Assembly (NCBI GenBank): GCA_041649755.1
Contig: JBAZMK010000005.1
Coordinates: forward strand, 8,597-72,596
DNA from: Candidatus Pacearchaeota archaeon
GTDB lineage: Archaea > Nanobdellota > Nanobdellia > Pacearchaeales > GW2011-AR1
DNA: 64,000 bases
Direction of reading: 5' to 3'
Below are positions 55,737-64,000 of this stretch, in pieces. Within the stretch, counting starts at the first letter, position 1; every line of letters begins with the position of its first letter. The notes under the pieces are model-generated. The model ran no database searches. It worked only from the letters and a program-made list of their open reading frames with translations, and was not told where the DNA came from. The position numbers and the translations under genes are program-made.

Positions 55737-56487
55737 AAATTATAAGAACTGCAAGAACCCCTACAGCACCGACAAAAATAAGCGCTAAAGGAAGCTTATC
55801 CAATGATAAAAACCTTTCATCTTCTTCATCCTCTAATCCGCCAACTCCCGCAAGACCTGTATAACCCACGAGTTCCTTATTCACCGCACCAACAACATTT
55901 CCAGAACCATAAAGTTGAACATTTTCTCTCCTAAGAGTAGTTTTCCCGTCAGTTACTTCAATATTGTAAGTCCCCTCTGGAGAGACCAACTTTAAAACTT
56001 TCTCCTCACCTACCCCAATATTCTGAACATAAGTGTTCTCATTACTTCCAATTTTTATCTTAAGAGTTTTTGTATACCTGACATTACCAATATTCCTAAT
56101 TATTAACTCATCACCCTCAATTTTAAATTCTACCTCAGAATTCTCCCCCACTAAAAAATTCCTCTCTACTTCCACGTCAGAATAACTCGCAGTAATACTC
56201 CATATCCCGCTCGGAAAATCGCTTTCAACAAGAAACTTGGTTTCTTTATTGGCTGTTGCATTAATCAAAATTTCCTTCTTTTTCAAGGCATCCTGAACAA
56301 CTAAAGAAACCACTCCATCAACAAATTTCTCCCCTTCAAGAAGAATTACCTTAAAACTAACTTCCTCCCCTAAAGAATAATCCCCCGCCTTAAGTCCAGA
56401 TATATCAATAGAATACTGGGCAGAGCCAAGACCTACAAGAATAAACACAACAAATGCAAACATAATCTTTCTCATACAATCTACCAT
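55696..56487 (-). CDS. Secreted beta-rich protein with C-terminal TM anchor + basic tail (archaeosortase-substrate-like)
   Basis: N-terminal signal peptide. C-terminus ...GGLEDEEDERFLSLDKLPLALIFVGAVGVLAVLIIFERKLAKKSKRKR. Confidence 0.45.
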   Translation of the reverse strand: MVDCMRKIMFAFVVFILVGLGSAQYSIDISGLKAGDYSLGEEVSFKVILLEGEKFVDGVVSLVVQDALKKKEILINATANKETKFLVESDFPSGIWSITASYSDVEVERNFLVGENSEVEFKIEGDELIIRNIGNVRYTKTLKIKIGSNENTYVQNIGVGEEKVLKLVSPEGTYNIEVTDGKTTLRRENVQLYGSGNVVGAVNKELVGYTGLAGVGGLEDEEDERFLSLDKLPLALIFVGAVGVLAVLIIFERKLAKKSKRKR

Positions 56488-56549
56488 CGTAATTTCTATT
56501 TAAATGTTTTGATAACAAAATATTTAAATAAGATTAATACTCATTTAAT

Positions 56550-59500
56550 ATGGGAAAAGTCTTTGTAGGTGTAGCGGGTTTCTTAATCTGCTTTCTTTTC
56601 ATAACCGTGATAATTTTAGCAAATTTTACTACTACTGGCTTCGCAATATTTGAACAGTCTTCCGAAGGCAATTTTAATGAAGGAACTTACGAGAATACCC
56701 AATGGAACGGAAGTGCAGTAACTCTTTCGTCTGGTGAAACAAATGGAAATTATACTTCAAAAGTTTTCGACGCAGGTCTAAATGTAAATTGGAATAATAT
56801 TTCATGGGTTTCTGGAAAATACTCTGAATTACCAAACAATCAAGAAAACGATGGAAATGTAAACATGGCTAACAATTTCCTATTATTACACCTAAACGAA
56901 GACTATTTAGATTACTCGGGTAATGAAAACCATGGAGAAAGCGTAGGAGGGCTTACTTTCGGAGAAGGGGTATTTGGAGAGGCAACAATAATAGATGGGA
57001 GTAATGAGTATATATCTGTCACAAATGATGGCTTGAGCTTCACAAATAGTTATAGCATTGAATTTTGGATAAAACCTTCTGCCTCTGCTTCACAATGGAG
57101 CACAATGGTAGAAAGAACAAACCAATTTATCTTTGACCTAATAGCTGGAGACAAAGTTCGAGTCCAGGGAACTGGCTATTCAAATTTAGATTCAAGTATA
57201 AGTATCCCTCGTGAAAAATGGAATCACATAGTTTTTACCCTTTACGACACCCCTACTGGAAATGACATCCTCAAACTCTATTTAAACGGGCAAATAGTCG
57301 GAACCATAGGTCCTGCCTGGGGAACACCCGCAAGTTCAAGTGCCCCCTTAAAAATTGGTGGAATAGGAGGAACTAACTATGTCGCAGGAATCTATGATGA
57401 ATTCGCAAGTTATTCCAGAGTACTCTCAGAAGACGAAGTAAAAGAAAGATACAAAAGAGGAATTATGAAATTAGAGGTTTCAGCAAGAAGCTGTGATGAC
57501 TCCCAATGTTCTGGAGAAAGCTGGACAAATTTAGAAACAGCATCGCCTCAAAATCTAACAATAGACGAAAATCGATACTTTCAATATAGATTCAACTTTA
57601 AAACTGGAAACTCAAGCTACTCTCCTTTCCTTTCCGAAGTAACAATTGATTATACCCCGTTAAGCTCCTCTCCCTTCATTAACATAATTTCTCCAACAAA
57701 TACAAACTATCCTTACAACGAACTAATCTATCTTAACTACTCTGTATATGACTTAGACGAAGACCTAGAATCTTGTTGGTATACTTTAGATTCTGAACAG
57801 CCAGTAATTCTGAACAATTGCGAAAACACAAGCTTCTACACGGAAGAAGGAACACACACCCTCACCCTTTACGCAAATGATACCCTAGGAGCAGAATCAT
57901 CTTCAAATGTTTCCTTTAACTCAATAAATACTGCCCCCACCATAACATTAGTTGAACCTTCCAATGGAACAACTTATGGTTATAACGAGTCCATAGAATT
58001 AAGATTCTTAATAGAAGACGCCGAATCTGACACTGACTCTTGTTGGTATATTATAAATGGAGGAGAAAACGAATATATAGAAAACTGCGAAAACACAACT
58101 TTCAGCGTTCCGGGGAACGAAGAATATCTTCTCCTAATCTATATAAATGATAGCCTCAACGAACAAGACTCCGACGCCGTACTTTTCTCAGTAAGTTTGG
58201 GAGCACCAACAATTACGGTACACTCTCCAATTGATGGAGAATACCTAAATCATAGCGAAGTAGAATTCTCATATACCCCTACCGATATAGACTTGGAATC
58301 CTGTATGCTCTGGGGAGACTTTGATGGAGAATTTAAAGTCAACCAAACAAAATACATAGGTGTTGGAGGGAGTGGCTTAGAAGATAAATTCACCCTAACA
58401 CTTACAGACGGAGTCTATAACTGGAATATAAAATGCAATGATTCTGAAGGAAACTCTGCGTTTAATGGAAATAAAACTCTATACATAGACGCCACATCTC
58501 CAAAAATATCTATTTCAGAACCAATAGGAACAAAAAAATCAAGAACAGCGATTCCTCTGACAACCTCTGTCATAGATAATTCCCCAACAACCTGCCTATA
58601 TAACATTTACAGAGGTCAAAATATAGAAATCCAGAATACCTCTATCAATTGTTCTGGAAGCTCCTCTTTCAGTGTAACTGTAGACGCCGACTTTGTTCTA
58701 AACTTTTACTCCAACGACTCTGCAGGAAATTCAAACTATAGTGTCTCAAATTTCAAGGTTGACACCTCAACAACAACTATTCCTGAACAGCCATCAGGAG
58801 GAGGTTCTGGAGGAGGAAGTATTTTAGTCACTTCTGCACCTTCAAAGCTAAAAATTACTCCGGTTAATATAATTGTCATGCTTGGAGAAGAAAGAAGTCT
58901 TCAGGTAAGTGTAAAAAACGAAGGCAGAACTTCTGCAAACAAATGCAGGTTAATTGCAAACGAAAATTATTCTGATTACATAGAATCTAAAGATATAAAA
59001 AACATAGGAGTAGGAGAGATTGTTGAATTCCCTCTGTTGCTAAAAGTTTTGGACAAAGAAATAAAAAATATGAATCTATCTATTGTCTGCCTTGAAAATG
59101 TTTCTGGTAAAGTTCCTCTTTCAATAAACATTTTAGAAAACAAATTAAATACAATCATAAAAGAAATAACTATAGACTCAAACGAACTCCTGATAAAATA
59201 TGAAATCGCAACGAACATAGATTCCGTTGAAGAAGTTTACTTTAGAATTTTAAGTTCATTGGGAGAACCTGTAAAAGAAATCTTAGAGAATATTAATTTA
59301 AAATCCAACGAACCTTATTTAGGAGAAATCAAAATTCCTCTTTCAGGAATAAACGAAGGAGTATTGAAAATATCCGTAACAGACAAAAACAAAGAGGAAA
59401 TTTTCATAGAAGAAGAGTTTATCTATGAAAGAAAAAATAGTTTGTTTACAGGCAATGTTATTCTTGAACAAATAAGCAGATTCTCTTATGTAATCGTTAT

Positions 59501-59573
59501 CCTTCTGGTCTTCTTAATTTTAGCTATAGTTTTAGTAAAAAGAATTTTAAAGCTAAAAAAAATCTTAAAATAA
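56550..59573 (+). CDS. Large cell-surface protein (1007 aa) with LamG/concanavalin-like domain, repeated Ig-like domains and C-terminal TM anchor
   Basis: Signal anchor, then a LamG-like region (FTNSYSIEFWIKPSASASQWSTMVERTNQFIFDLIAGDKVRVQG...LKLYLNGQIVG). Repeated ~90-aa Cys-pair modules follow (SCWYTLDSEQPVILNNCENTSF / SCWYIINGGENEYIENCENTTF). A PSGGGSGGGS linker precedes the C-terminal TM helix. Confidence 0.6.
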   Translation: MGKVFVGVAGFLICFLFITVIILANFTTTGFAIFEQSSEGNFNEGTYENTQWNGSAVTLSSGETNGNYTSKVFDAGLNVNWNNISWVSGKYSELPNNQENDGNVNMANNFLLLHLNEDYLDYSGNENHGESVGGLTFGEGVFGEATIIDGSNEYISVTNDGLSFTNSYSIEFWIKPSASASQWSTMVERTNQFIFDLIAGDKVRVQGTGYSNLDSSISIPREKWNHIVFTLYDTPTGNDILKLYLNGQIVGTIGPAWGTPASSSAPLKIGGIGGTNYVAGIYDEFASYSRVLSEDEVKERYKRGIMKLEVSARSCDDSQCSGESWTNLETASPQNLTIDENRYFQYRFNFKTGNSSYSPFLSEVTIDYTPLSSSPFINIISPTNTNYPYNELIYLNYSVYDLDEDLESCWYTLDSEQPVILNNCENTSFYTEEGTHTLTLYANDTLGAESSSNVSFNSINTAPTITLVEPSNGTTYGYNESIELRFLIEDAESDTDSCWYIINGGENEYIENCENTTFSVPGNEEYLLLIYINDSLNEQDSDAVLFSVSLGAPTITVHSPIDGEYLNHSEVEFSYTPTDIDLESCMLWGDFDGEFKVNQTKYIGVGGSGLEDKFTLTLTDGVYNWNIKCNDSEGNSAFNGNKTLYIDATSPKISISEPIGTKKSRTAIPLTTSVIDNSPTTCLYNIYRGQNIEIQNTSINCSGSSSFSVTVDADFVLNFYSNDSAGNSNYSVSNFKVDTSTTTIPEQPSGGGSGGGSILVTSAPSKLKITPVNIIVMLGEERSLQVSVKNEGRTSANKCRLIANENYSDYIESKDIKNIGVGEIVEFPLLLKVLDKEIKNMNLSIVCLENVSGKVPLSINILENKLNTIIKEITIDSNELLIKYEIATNIDSVEEVYFRILSSLGEPVKEILENINLKSNEPYLGEIKIPLSGINEGVLKISVTDKNKEEIFIEEEFIYERKNSLFTGNVILEQISRFSYVIVILLVFLILAIVLVKRILKLKKILK

Positions 59574-59597
59574 CCAGTAAATTCTTAAACTACCTGC

Positions 59598-60455
59598 TTG
59601 TCTAATTATATGGTTCGCATTCGTTATAGTTTTGGTTCAAGACACACGGGTAAAATAAAAAATATAGCTAAACAAAGAAAAGAATTCCCTGAAATCGTAA
59701 ATGAAGTAATCAGAATATCTGACATTATTTTGGAGGTTCTGGATTGTCGTTTCATAAACAAAACAAGAAACCTTGCTCTTGAAGAATGTGTCAAGTGGAT
59801 GAATAAAAAAATAATTTTTGTTTTAAACAAAGCAGATTTGGTAGAGATAAACGAAATTAAAAAAAGCATTAAAAAAGAAATTAAACCTTTTGTCTTTGTC
59901 TCTTCAAAAAATGGTTACGGCGCAAAAGACCTCAGAAACAAGATAAAAATTGAGGCGAAAAGGATAAAAATAGATAACAAAGAAAGAATTCAGATTGGAA
60001 TTATAGGATACCCCAATACTGGAAAAAGTTCGCTAATCAATCTTTTAGCCAGAAAAGGAAGTGCAAAAATTTCAAAACAGGCAGGATTTACAAAAGGAAT
60101 ACAAAAAATCAGATTTACAAAAGACATTTTGCTTCTAGACACCCCTGGAGTAATCCCTAACGAAGAATATTCTGCATCACAGGAAAAAATAATAAAACAC
60201 ACCGAAGTCGGAGCAAGAACTTTTAGCGACGTAAAAAACCCTGAAGAAGTCGTTGCTCACCTGATAAAAGATAATCTCAAAGTTATTGAAAAGTTTTATA
60301 ATATTAATTCTTCGGGCGACCCCGAAAAACTAATTGAAGAAATCGGAAAAAAGAAAAATCTTCTAAGGAAAAAAGGTGAAGTAGACACAGACAGAACTTC
60401 ACGAAAAATTTTAAGAGACTGGCAGGAAGGAAAAATCACCCCCTCATTAGATTAA
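59598..60455 (+). CDS. Circularly permuted ribosome-biogenesis GTPase (YlqF/RbgA/Nug1-type)
   Basis: G4 VLNKADL precedes G1 IGIIGYPNTGKSSLIN. G3 LDTPGV is also present. Confidence 0.8.
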   Translation: MSNYMVRIRYSFGSRHTGKIKNIAKQRKEFPEIVNEVIRISDIILEVLDCRFINKTRNLALEECVKWMNKKIIFVLNKADLVEINEIKKSIKKEIKPFVFVSSKNGYGAKDLRNKIKIEAKRIKIDNKERIQIGIIGYPNTGKSSLINLLARKGSAKISKQAGFTKGIQKIRFTKDILLLDTPGVIPNEEYSASQEKIIKHTEVGARTFSDVKNPEEVVAHLIKDNLKVIEKFYNINSSGDPEKLIEEIGKKKNLLRKKGEVDTDRTSRKILRDWQEGKITPSLD

Positions 60456-60978
60456 GATAATGGGTAACACTCCCTTTCCCCCTCATAACAAAAGATTCAA
60501 AAAATAAATTAGCAAGAAAAGTCAACTCACTTACATTTTCTATAAAACTCTCTTTTTTAGCCACATTTCTTGGAATAAGCCCTTCTGTTCCACAAAAAAC
60601 TCTAAAAAAACCACCCCTCTCTTCTCTACCACTCTCAGCACCATAAATATAAAAATCATGTCCTATTACTCCAATACGAACCTCCTCTTCCCTTAAACAC
60701 AAAAGCTCCAAATCAGGTTTTTCTTCCTTTAATCTTCCCACAAAATAAGGAATATAGGGAAGAATCTCTATAGGCTCTTCCTCAGAATAAAGTGAAATAT
60801 TCATAGCATAAACCATTCCTGAAAGGATTATCTCTGAACTAATTACGCGACTCGAATCCACGGGAGAAGAATCTGAAAAAGTGACAATCTTGCTGGGAAA
60901 CTTATCATCAAGATATCTGCAACTCCTTTCTAGAACATTAAATAAATTATGAGGTTCCGCAATTTCTACCCCTTTCAT
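60436..60978 (-). CDS. Hypothetical 180-aa protein
   Basis: ORF overlapping the GTPase gene's 3' end by 20 nt. No family recognised. Confidence 0.4.
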   Translation of the reverse strand: MKGVEIAEPHNLFNVLERSCRYLDDKFPSKIVTFSDSSPVDSSRVISSEIILSGMVYAMNISLYSEEEPIEILPYIPYFVGRLKEEKPDLELLCLREEEVRIGVIGHDFYIYGAESGREERGGFFRVFCGTEGLIPRNVAKKESFIENVSELTFLANLFFESFVMRGKGSVTHYLNLMRG

Positions 60979-61097
60979 AAGTATACTAATAATTTAGGTT
61001 TCTTAAAAATTCTTATATTACAAAATATACTTCTTTTAATAATCTATATTCAAAAAGCCCTACTATTTATAAAAAACTAAGAAAAAAGGATATAAAA

Positions 61098-61241
61098 TTA
61101 TATTATTATTTTGTGACCCTCGCCAAACCTTTCCCAAATTGCGTTTGGGTATCTCTGAAACAAGGTCCGCCTGATTTCGTCCGCTTCACGGCTGAAATCA
61201 TCATTTAAGTTTTCATCTTTTACAGTTAATTCAATTTCCAT
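61098..61241 (-). CDS. Unannotated 47-aa ORF (MEIELTVKDENLNDDFSREADEIRRTLFQRYPNAIWERFGEGHKIII) with strong SD (GGAGGTG)
   Basis: Hand-translated. AAGGAGGTGAAAATGGAA gives a near-ideal SD spacing. Local GC is higher than the surroundings. Not in the ORF track (<60 aa). Confidence 0.3.
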   Translation of the reverse strand: MEIELTVKDENLNDDFSREADEIRRTLFQRYPNAIWERFGEGHKIII

Positions 61242-61450
61242 TTTCACCTCCTTACTAAACAAAAGAAATTTACTTTATATAGAAATATGAATCTTGAAAT
61301 ATATTTGAAATTATAGTTTTATTTATATAGTAATTGACTTGTAAGTAGTGTTGGATAATTTTAAAGTGGTGTCTGGCTGTTTTTGGTGAAGACTTCAAAC
61401 AAAATTGAACTTATCAAATTATTTATATAGGCAAAAAGATTAATTAATAA

Positions 61451-62011
61451 ATGAGTGAAAAAAACATTTTAATCCCCCTGGGCGACGAAAAACTTAAAGA
61501 TATTTCTGAAGTAATAAGCAATAAAACTTGCAACAAAATTTTAGACTTTTTAGTGGAGGAAGAAGCGACAATAAGCGACGTTTCAAAAAAGTTAAGCATC
61601 CCAATTAATACTGCAGAGTACAATATTAAAAAATTAACAAAAACAGGATTAATTGAAAAAAAAAGCCATTTTTGGAGTGTAAAAGGGAAAAAAATGCCAG
61701 TCTACGTAGTTTCAAATAAAAAAATAATTATCTCTCCAAAAAGATCAAAAAGCCTTTTGTCTTTAATTCTTGCCTTGGGATTAACCGGCTTTTTCGCCCT
61801 AATCATTAAAAAAACAACTTCTAAAATATCTGAAAACATTGTTGCCCCAGAAGAAATGATATTAAAAGCAGACAGATTTGCAGAAGCCACTGCACAACAT
61901 CCAGAAATCCTCTCAACAATGGCTCCTTGGGAATGGTTCCTCATCGGTGCGTGGCTGGCAATCATCTTCTTTTTTGTAATTTCATCAATTACTGAAAGGA
62001 GGAAAAAATGA
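61451..62011 (+). CDS. Winged-HTH (ArsR/MarR-like) domain fused to C-terminal transmembrane segments
   Basis: KILDFLVEEEATISDVSKKLSIPINTAEYNIKKLTKTGLIEKK, then two TM helices. Confidence 0.55.
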   Translation: MSEKNILIPLGDEKLKDISEVISNKTCNKILDFLVEEEATISDVSKKLSIPINTAEYNIKKLTKTGLIEKKSHFWSVKGKKMPVYVVSNKKIIISPKRSKSLLSLILALGLTGFFALIIKKTTSKISENIVAPEEMILKADRFAEATAQHPEILSTMAPWEWFLIGAWLAIIFFFVISSITERRKK

Positions 62012-62754
62012 GCAAAATAGATAATTCAGTCAAAATTACTGGAATGATTGTTTTAGCAGTTGTAATTTTAGCTGTTCTGGGGTTTTATGTAATCAACCCT
62101 GTTTCTGCAAATGAAACAATCCGTTCTGACGGAGTCTCAACAGTAACAGTCATACCTGACAAAGTAAGTATTTACTTCAGTGTAGAAACCTCTGGAACAA
62201 CCGCTGCAGAAGCCAAAGACCTAAACACAGAAACGGCAAACAAAGTCATTGACGCCATAATAGGAGAAGGCTTTGAAAGAAAAGATATTGAAACTACTTC
62301 TTTTAATGTATACGAAGATATTGAATGGACAGAAAGAGGGAGGGTTTCTAAAGGGTACAAAGCAACACACTCTTTAAGAGTTAAGTTTTCCGCAGAAGAA
62401 TCAGAAAAAATTGGAAAAGTAATAGATGCGGGTATTGACTCAGGAGCCCTACTTTCTTATATAAGCTTTGAACTAAGCCAGGAGCTTGAAAACCAATACA
62501 AAGCAGAAGCTCTTAAACTCGCAACTGAAGATGCGCGAACAAAAGCTGAAGCAATAGCAACAGGTCTTGGAGCAAAACTCGGAAAGGTTGTCTCCGTGAG
62601 CAGTTCAGAAGCAAGTTACTATCCTTCAATTTCCTACGACGCAAGAGCAATGGAAGAATCAGTCTCGATCAAAGGAAGCGAAATAGCCACAAGCATCCAG
62701 CCAGGAGAACGAGAAATAACAGGCAGAGTTTCAGTAATATACAAAATTAATTAA
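62008..62754 (+). CDS. SIMPL/DUF541 (YggE-like) secreted protein
   Basis: N-terminal TM, then TVTVIPDKVSIYFSVETSGTTAAEAKDLNTETANKVIDAI...RVKFSAEE, the SIMPL-domain pattern. The start overlaps the upstream gene's stop. Confidence 0.65.
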   Translation: MSKIDNSVKITGMIVLAVVILAVLGFYVINPVSANETIRSDGVSTVTVIPDKVSIYFSVETSGTTAAEAKDLNTETANKVIDAIIGEGFERKDIETTSFNVYEDIEWTERGRVSKGYKATHSLRVKFSAEESEKIGKVIDAGIDSGALLSYISFELSQELENQYKAEALKLATEDARTKAEAIATGLGAKLGKVVSVSSSEASYYPSISYDARAMEESVSIKGSEIATSIQPGEREITGRVSVIYKIN

Positions 62755-62763
62755 ATCCTTTAA

Positions 62764-62848
62764 TTCGCAACAAGCGAAGCGCGACCGAATTTCACGCGTG
62801 GCTCTGCCACAAGACAACATAGAATAAATGCCACCAGACACTATAAAT
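62764..62848 (+). repeat. 85-nt intergenic repeat element, copy B, flanked by identical 14-nt direct repeats TAAATCCTTTAATT
   Basis: TTCGCAACAAGCGAAGCGCGACCGAATTTCACGCGTGGCTCTGCCACAAGACAACATAGAATAAATGCCACCAGACACTATAAAT. TAAATCCTTTAATT occurs immediately 5' (62750-62763) and overlapping the 3' end (62843-62856). Confidence 0.7.
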
Positions 62849-62928
62849 CCTTTAATTTTTTAGGATTTTTCTTTTTTAAGAAATCTTTTTATATCTAAAC
62901 CTAAATTAGTAAACTCTAAAAATCTCGT

Positions 62929-63357
62929 TTGTTTTTATTTAAAATGAAATCTTACACGCGATATCTTAAAATAAATACTGATAAAAGAATAGACTTTGTA
63001 AACATAACAAAAAAAATCGCCGAAATTATTGACGACAGTCAAATAGACGAAGGACTTGTTTTAATTAATCCTATGCACATTACGGCGAGTGTTTTTATCA
63101 ATGACGCAGAGTCGGGTTTAATTGAGGACTTCAAAGAATGGCTTGAGAAACTCGCACCGAAAGATAAAGACTATCACCATCACCAAACTGGAGAAGACAA
63201 TGGTTTCTCACATTTATGGAGGACAATTATGGGAAGAGAAACAACTATTGCAATCACCGAAGGCAAAATGGATTTAGGAACATGGGAACAGATTTTCTAC
63301 GGAGAGTTTGACGGTCAAAGAGATAAAAGAATTTTAGTCAAAGTAATTGGAGAATAA
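62929..63357 (+). CDS. YjbQ/UPF0047 family protein (secondary thiamine-phosphate synthase-like)
   Basis: [16 protein letters not shown]...[55 protein letters not shown] matches UPF0047 conserved blocks. Confidence 0.8.
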   Translation: MFLFKMKSYTRYLKINTDKRIDFVNITKKIAEIIDDSQIDEGLVLINPMHITASVFINDAESGLIEDFKEWLEKLAPKDKDYHHHQTGEDNGFSHLWRTIMGRETTIAITEGKMDLGTWEQIFYGEFDGQRDKRILVKVIGE

Positions 63358-63561
63358 TCAAATCAGCAAAGACTCATATATAGGCCTATAAACTCTTAAT
63401 GCCTGCTCAAAACAAGTAGGAATTGATGTACCTTCAAAATGCTTTTTAGCATAGTCCAATGACCTACGAAGCTCTTCATAAGCTCCCCGAAAAACCTTCA
63501 AATCAAAACTTTCAAGTCGAACTCTTATATCCCCTTCATCAACCCAATTCTCTCTTACCAT
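63358..63561 (-). CDS. Hypothetical 67-aa protein
   Basis: ORF only. Confidence 0.3.
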   Translation of the reverse strand: MVRENWVDEGDIRVRLESFDLKVFRGAYEELRRSLDYAKKHFEGTSIPTCFEQALRVYRPIYESLLI

Positions 63562-63633
63562 ACTCTTAAAAAATTAAGATATTTAACTACTTTTCTATAA
63601 ACATATTTAAAAATTCTCTTTCTATTTATTTAT

Positions 63634-64000
63634 ATGAATATTATACTCCTCGGAGTGCAAGGAAGTGGAAAAGGAACTCAGGCTAAATTAATCTCTGGAA
63701 AAAAAAGGCTCACACACATATCAACAGGTGATTTGCTAAGAAACACAAAAGGAAAACTAAAAGAGCAAATTGATTCTTACATCAACAAAGGAAACCTCGT
63801 CCCCGACGAATTAATGTTAAAAATTCTAAAAAATAAAATAGATGATTGCAAAAAGGGTTTTATCCTTGACGGCTTTCCGAGAAATTTAAAACAAGCTGAA
63901 ATGCTAAACAAAATCACCAAAATTGACAAAGTAATAGAAATTTTCATATCTGACAGAGAAGCCATAGAAAGAATCAGTGGAAGAAGAAACTGCTCAAAAT
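63634..64000 (+). CDS. adk: Adenylate kinase (partial, continues past window end)
   Basis: P-loop MNIILLGVQGSGKGTQAK, NMP-binding TGDLLR, and GFILDGFPRNLKQAE. The ORF track shows only an antisense ORF here. Confidence 0.85.
   Translation, partial: MNIILLGVQGSGKGTQAKLISGKKRLTHISTGDLLRNTKGKLKEQIDSYINKGNLVPDELMLKILKNKIDDCKKGFILDGFPRNLKQAEMLNKITKIDKVIEIFISDREAIERISGRRNCSK

Noticed and set aside
63777-63965. 62-aa minus-strand ORF near the window end
   Set aside because: Antisense to the adenylate kinase frame (P-loop GVQGSGKGTQ), which the ORF track did not list.
1-64000. CRISPR array / cas genes
   Set aside because: I found no regularly spaced short direct repeats on either strand. The Cas4-like PD-(D/E)xK nuclease at 13267 has no adjacent cas1/cas2 or repeat array.

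Overview
This is a low-GC, gene-dense stretch from an archaeon, most likely a DPANN-type lineage. Archaeal markers include TFE, archaeal-type DnaG, GatD/GatE, deoxyhypusine synthase, SBDS, S23-like uS12, an archaeal-length uS7, class-III-signal pilins and an intron-containing tRNA. Most genes are tightly packed or overlapping.

Housekeeping content: alaS, proS, rps12, rps7, gatD, gatE, dnaG, pyruvate kinase, adk (partial), tRNA-Arg(TCG) and a tRNA-Glu(CUC) with a long intron.

Accessory content, in order along the window:
- A minus-strand type I restriction-modification operon (hsdM, hsdS, hsdR as an N-terminal fragment at the window edge) with three uncharacterised genes interleaved. One is a 564-aa helical protein carrying a HEPN-like Rx5H motif.
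- A seven-to-eight-gene minus-strand operon led by a 53-aa Cys-rich ORF that the ORF track missed. It is followed by a radical SAM/SPASM maturase, two SAM-dependent transferases, an APH-fold kinase, a minimal nucleotidyltransferase and a GNAT. I read this as a candidate ranthipeptide/sactipeptide-like RiPP biosynthetic cluster and the strongest candidate for an undescribed system.
- A bacterial-type ECF sigma-70-like protein followed by a SpoIIM/DUF95 membrane protein, which is unexpected in an archaeon.
- A type-IV-pilus/archaellum-like secretion locus.
- A glycosyltransferase / HprK-like / methyltransferase operon.
- An SNF2 helicase paired with a Cys-rich Zn-ribbon protein.
- A tandem duplication of promoter plus 5' exon at the tRNA-Glu locus.
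- An 85-nt element present twice, once flanked by identical 14-nt direct repeats.
- An unknown 90-aa gene wedged between rps12 and rps7.

I did not see a CRISPR array.
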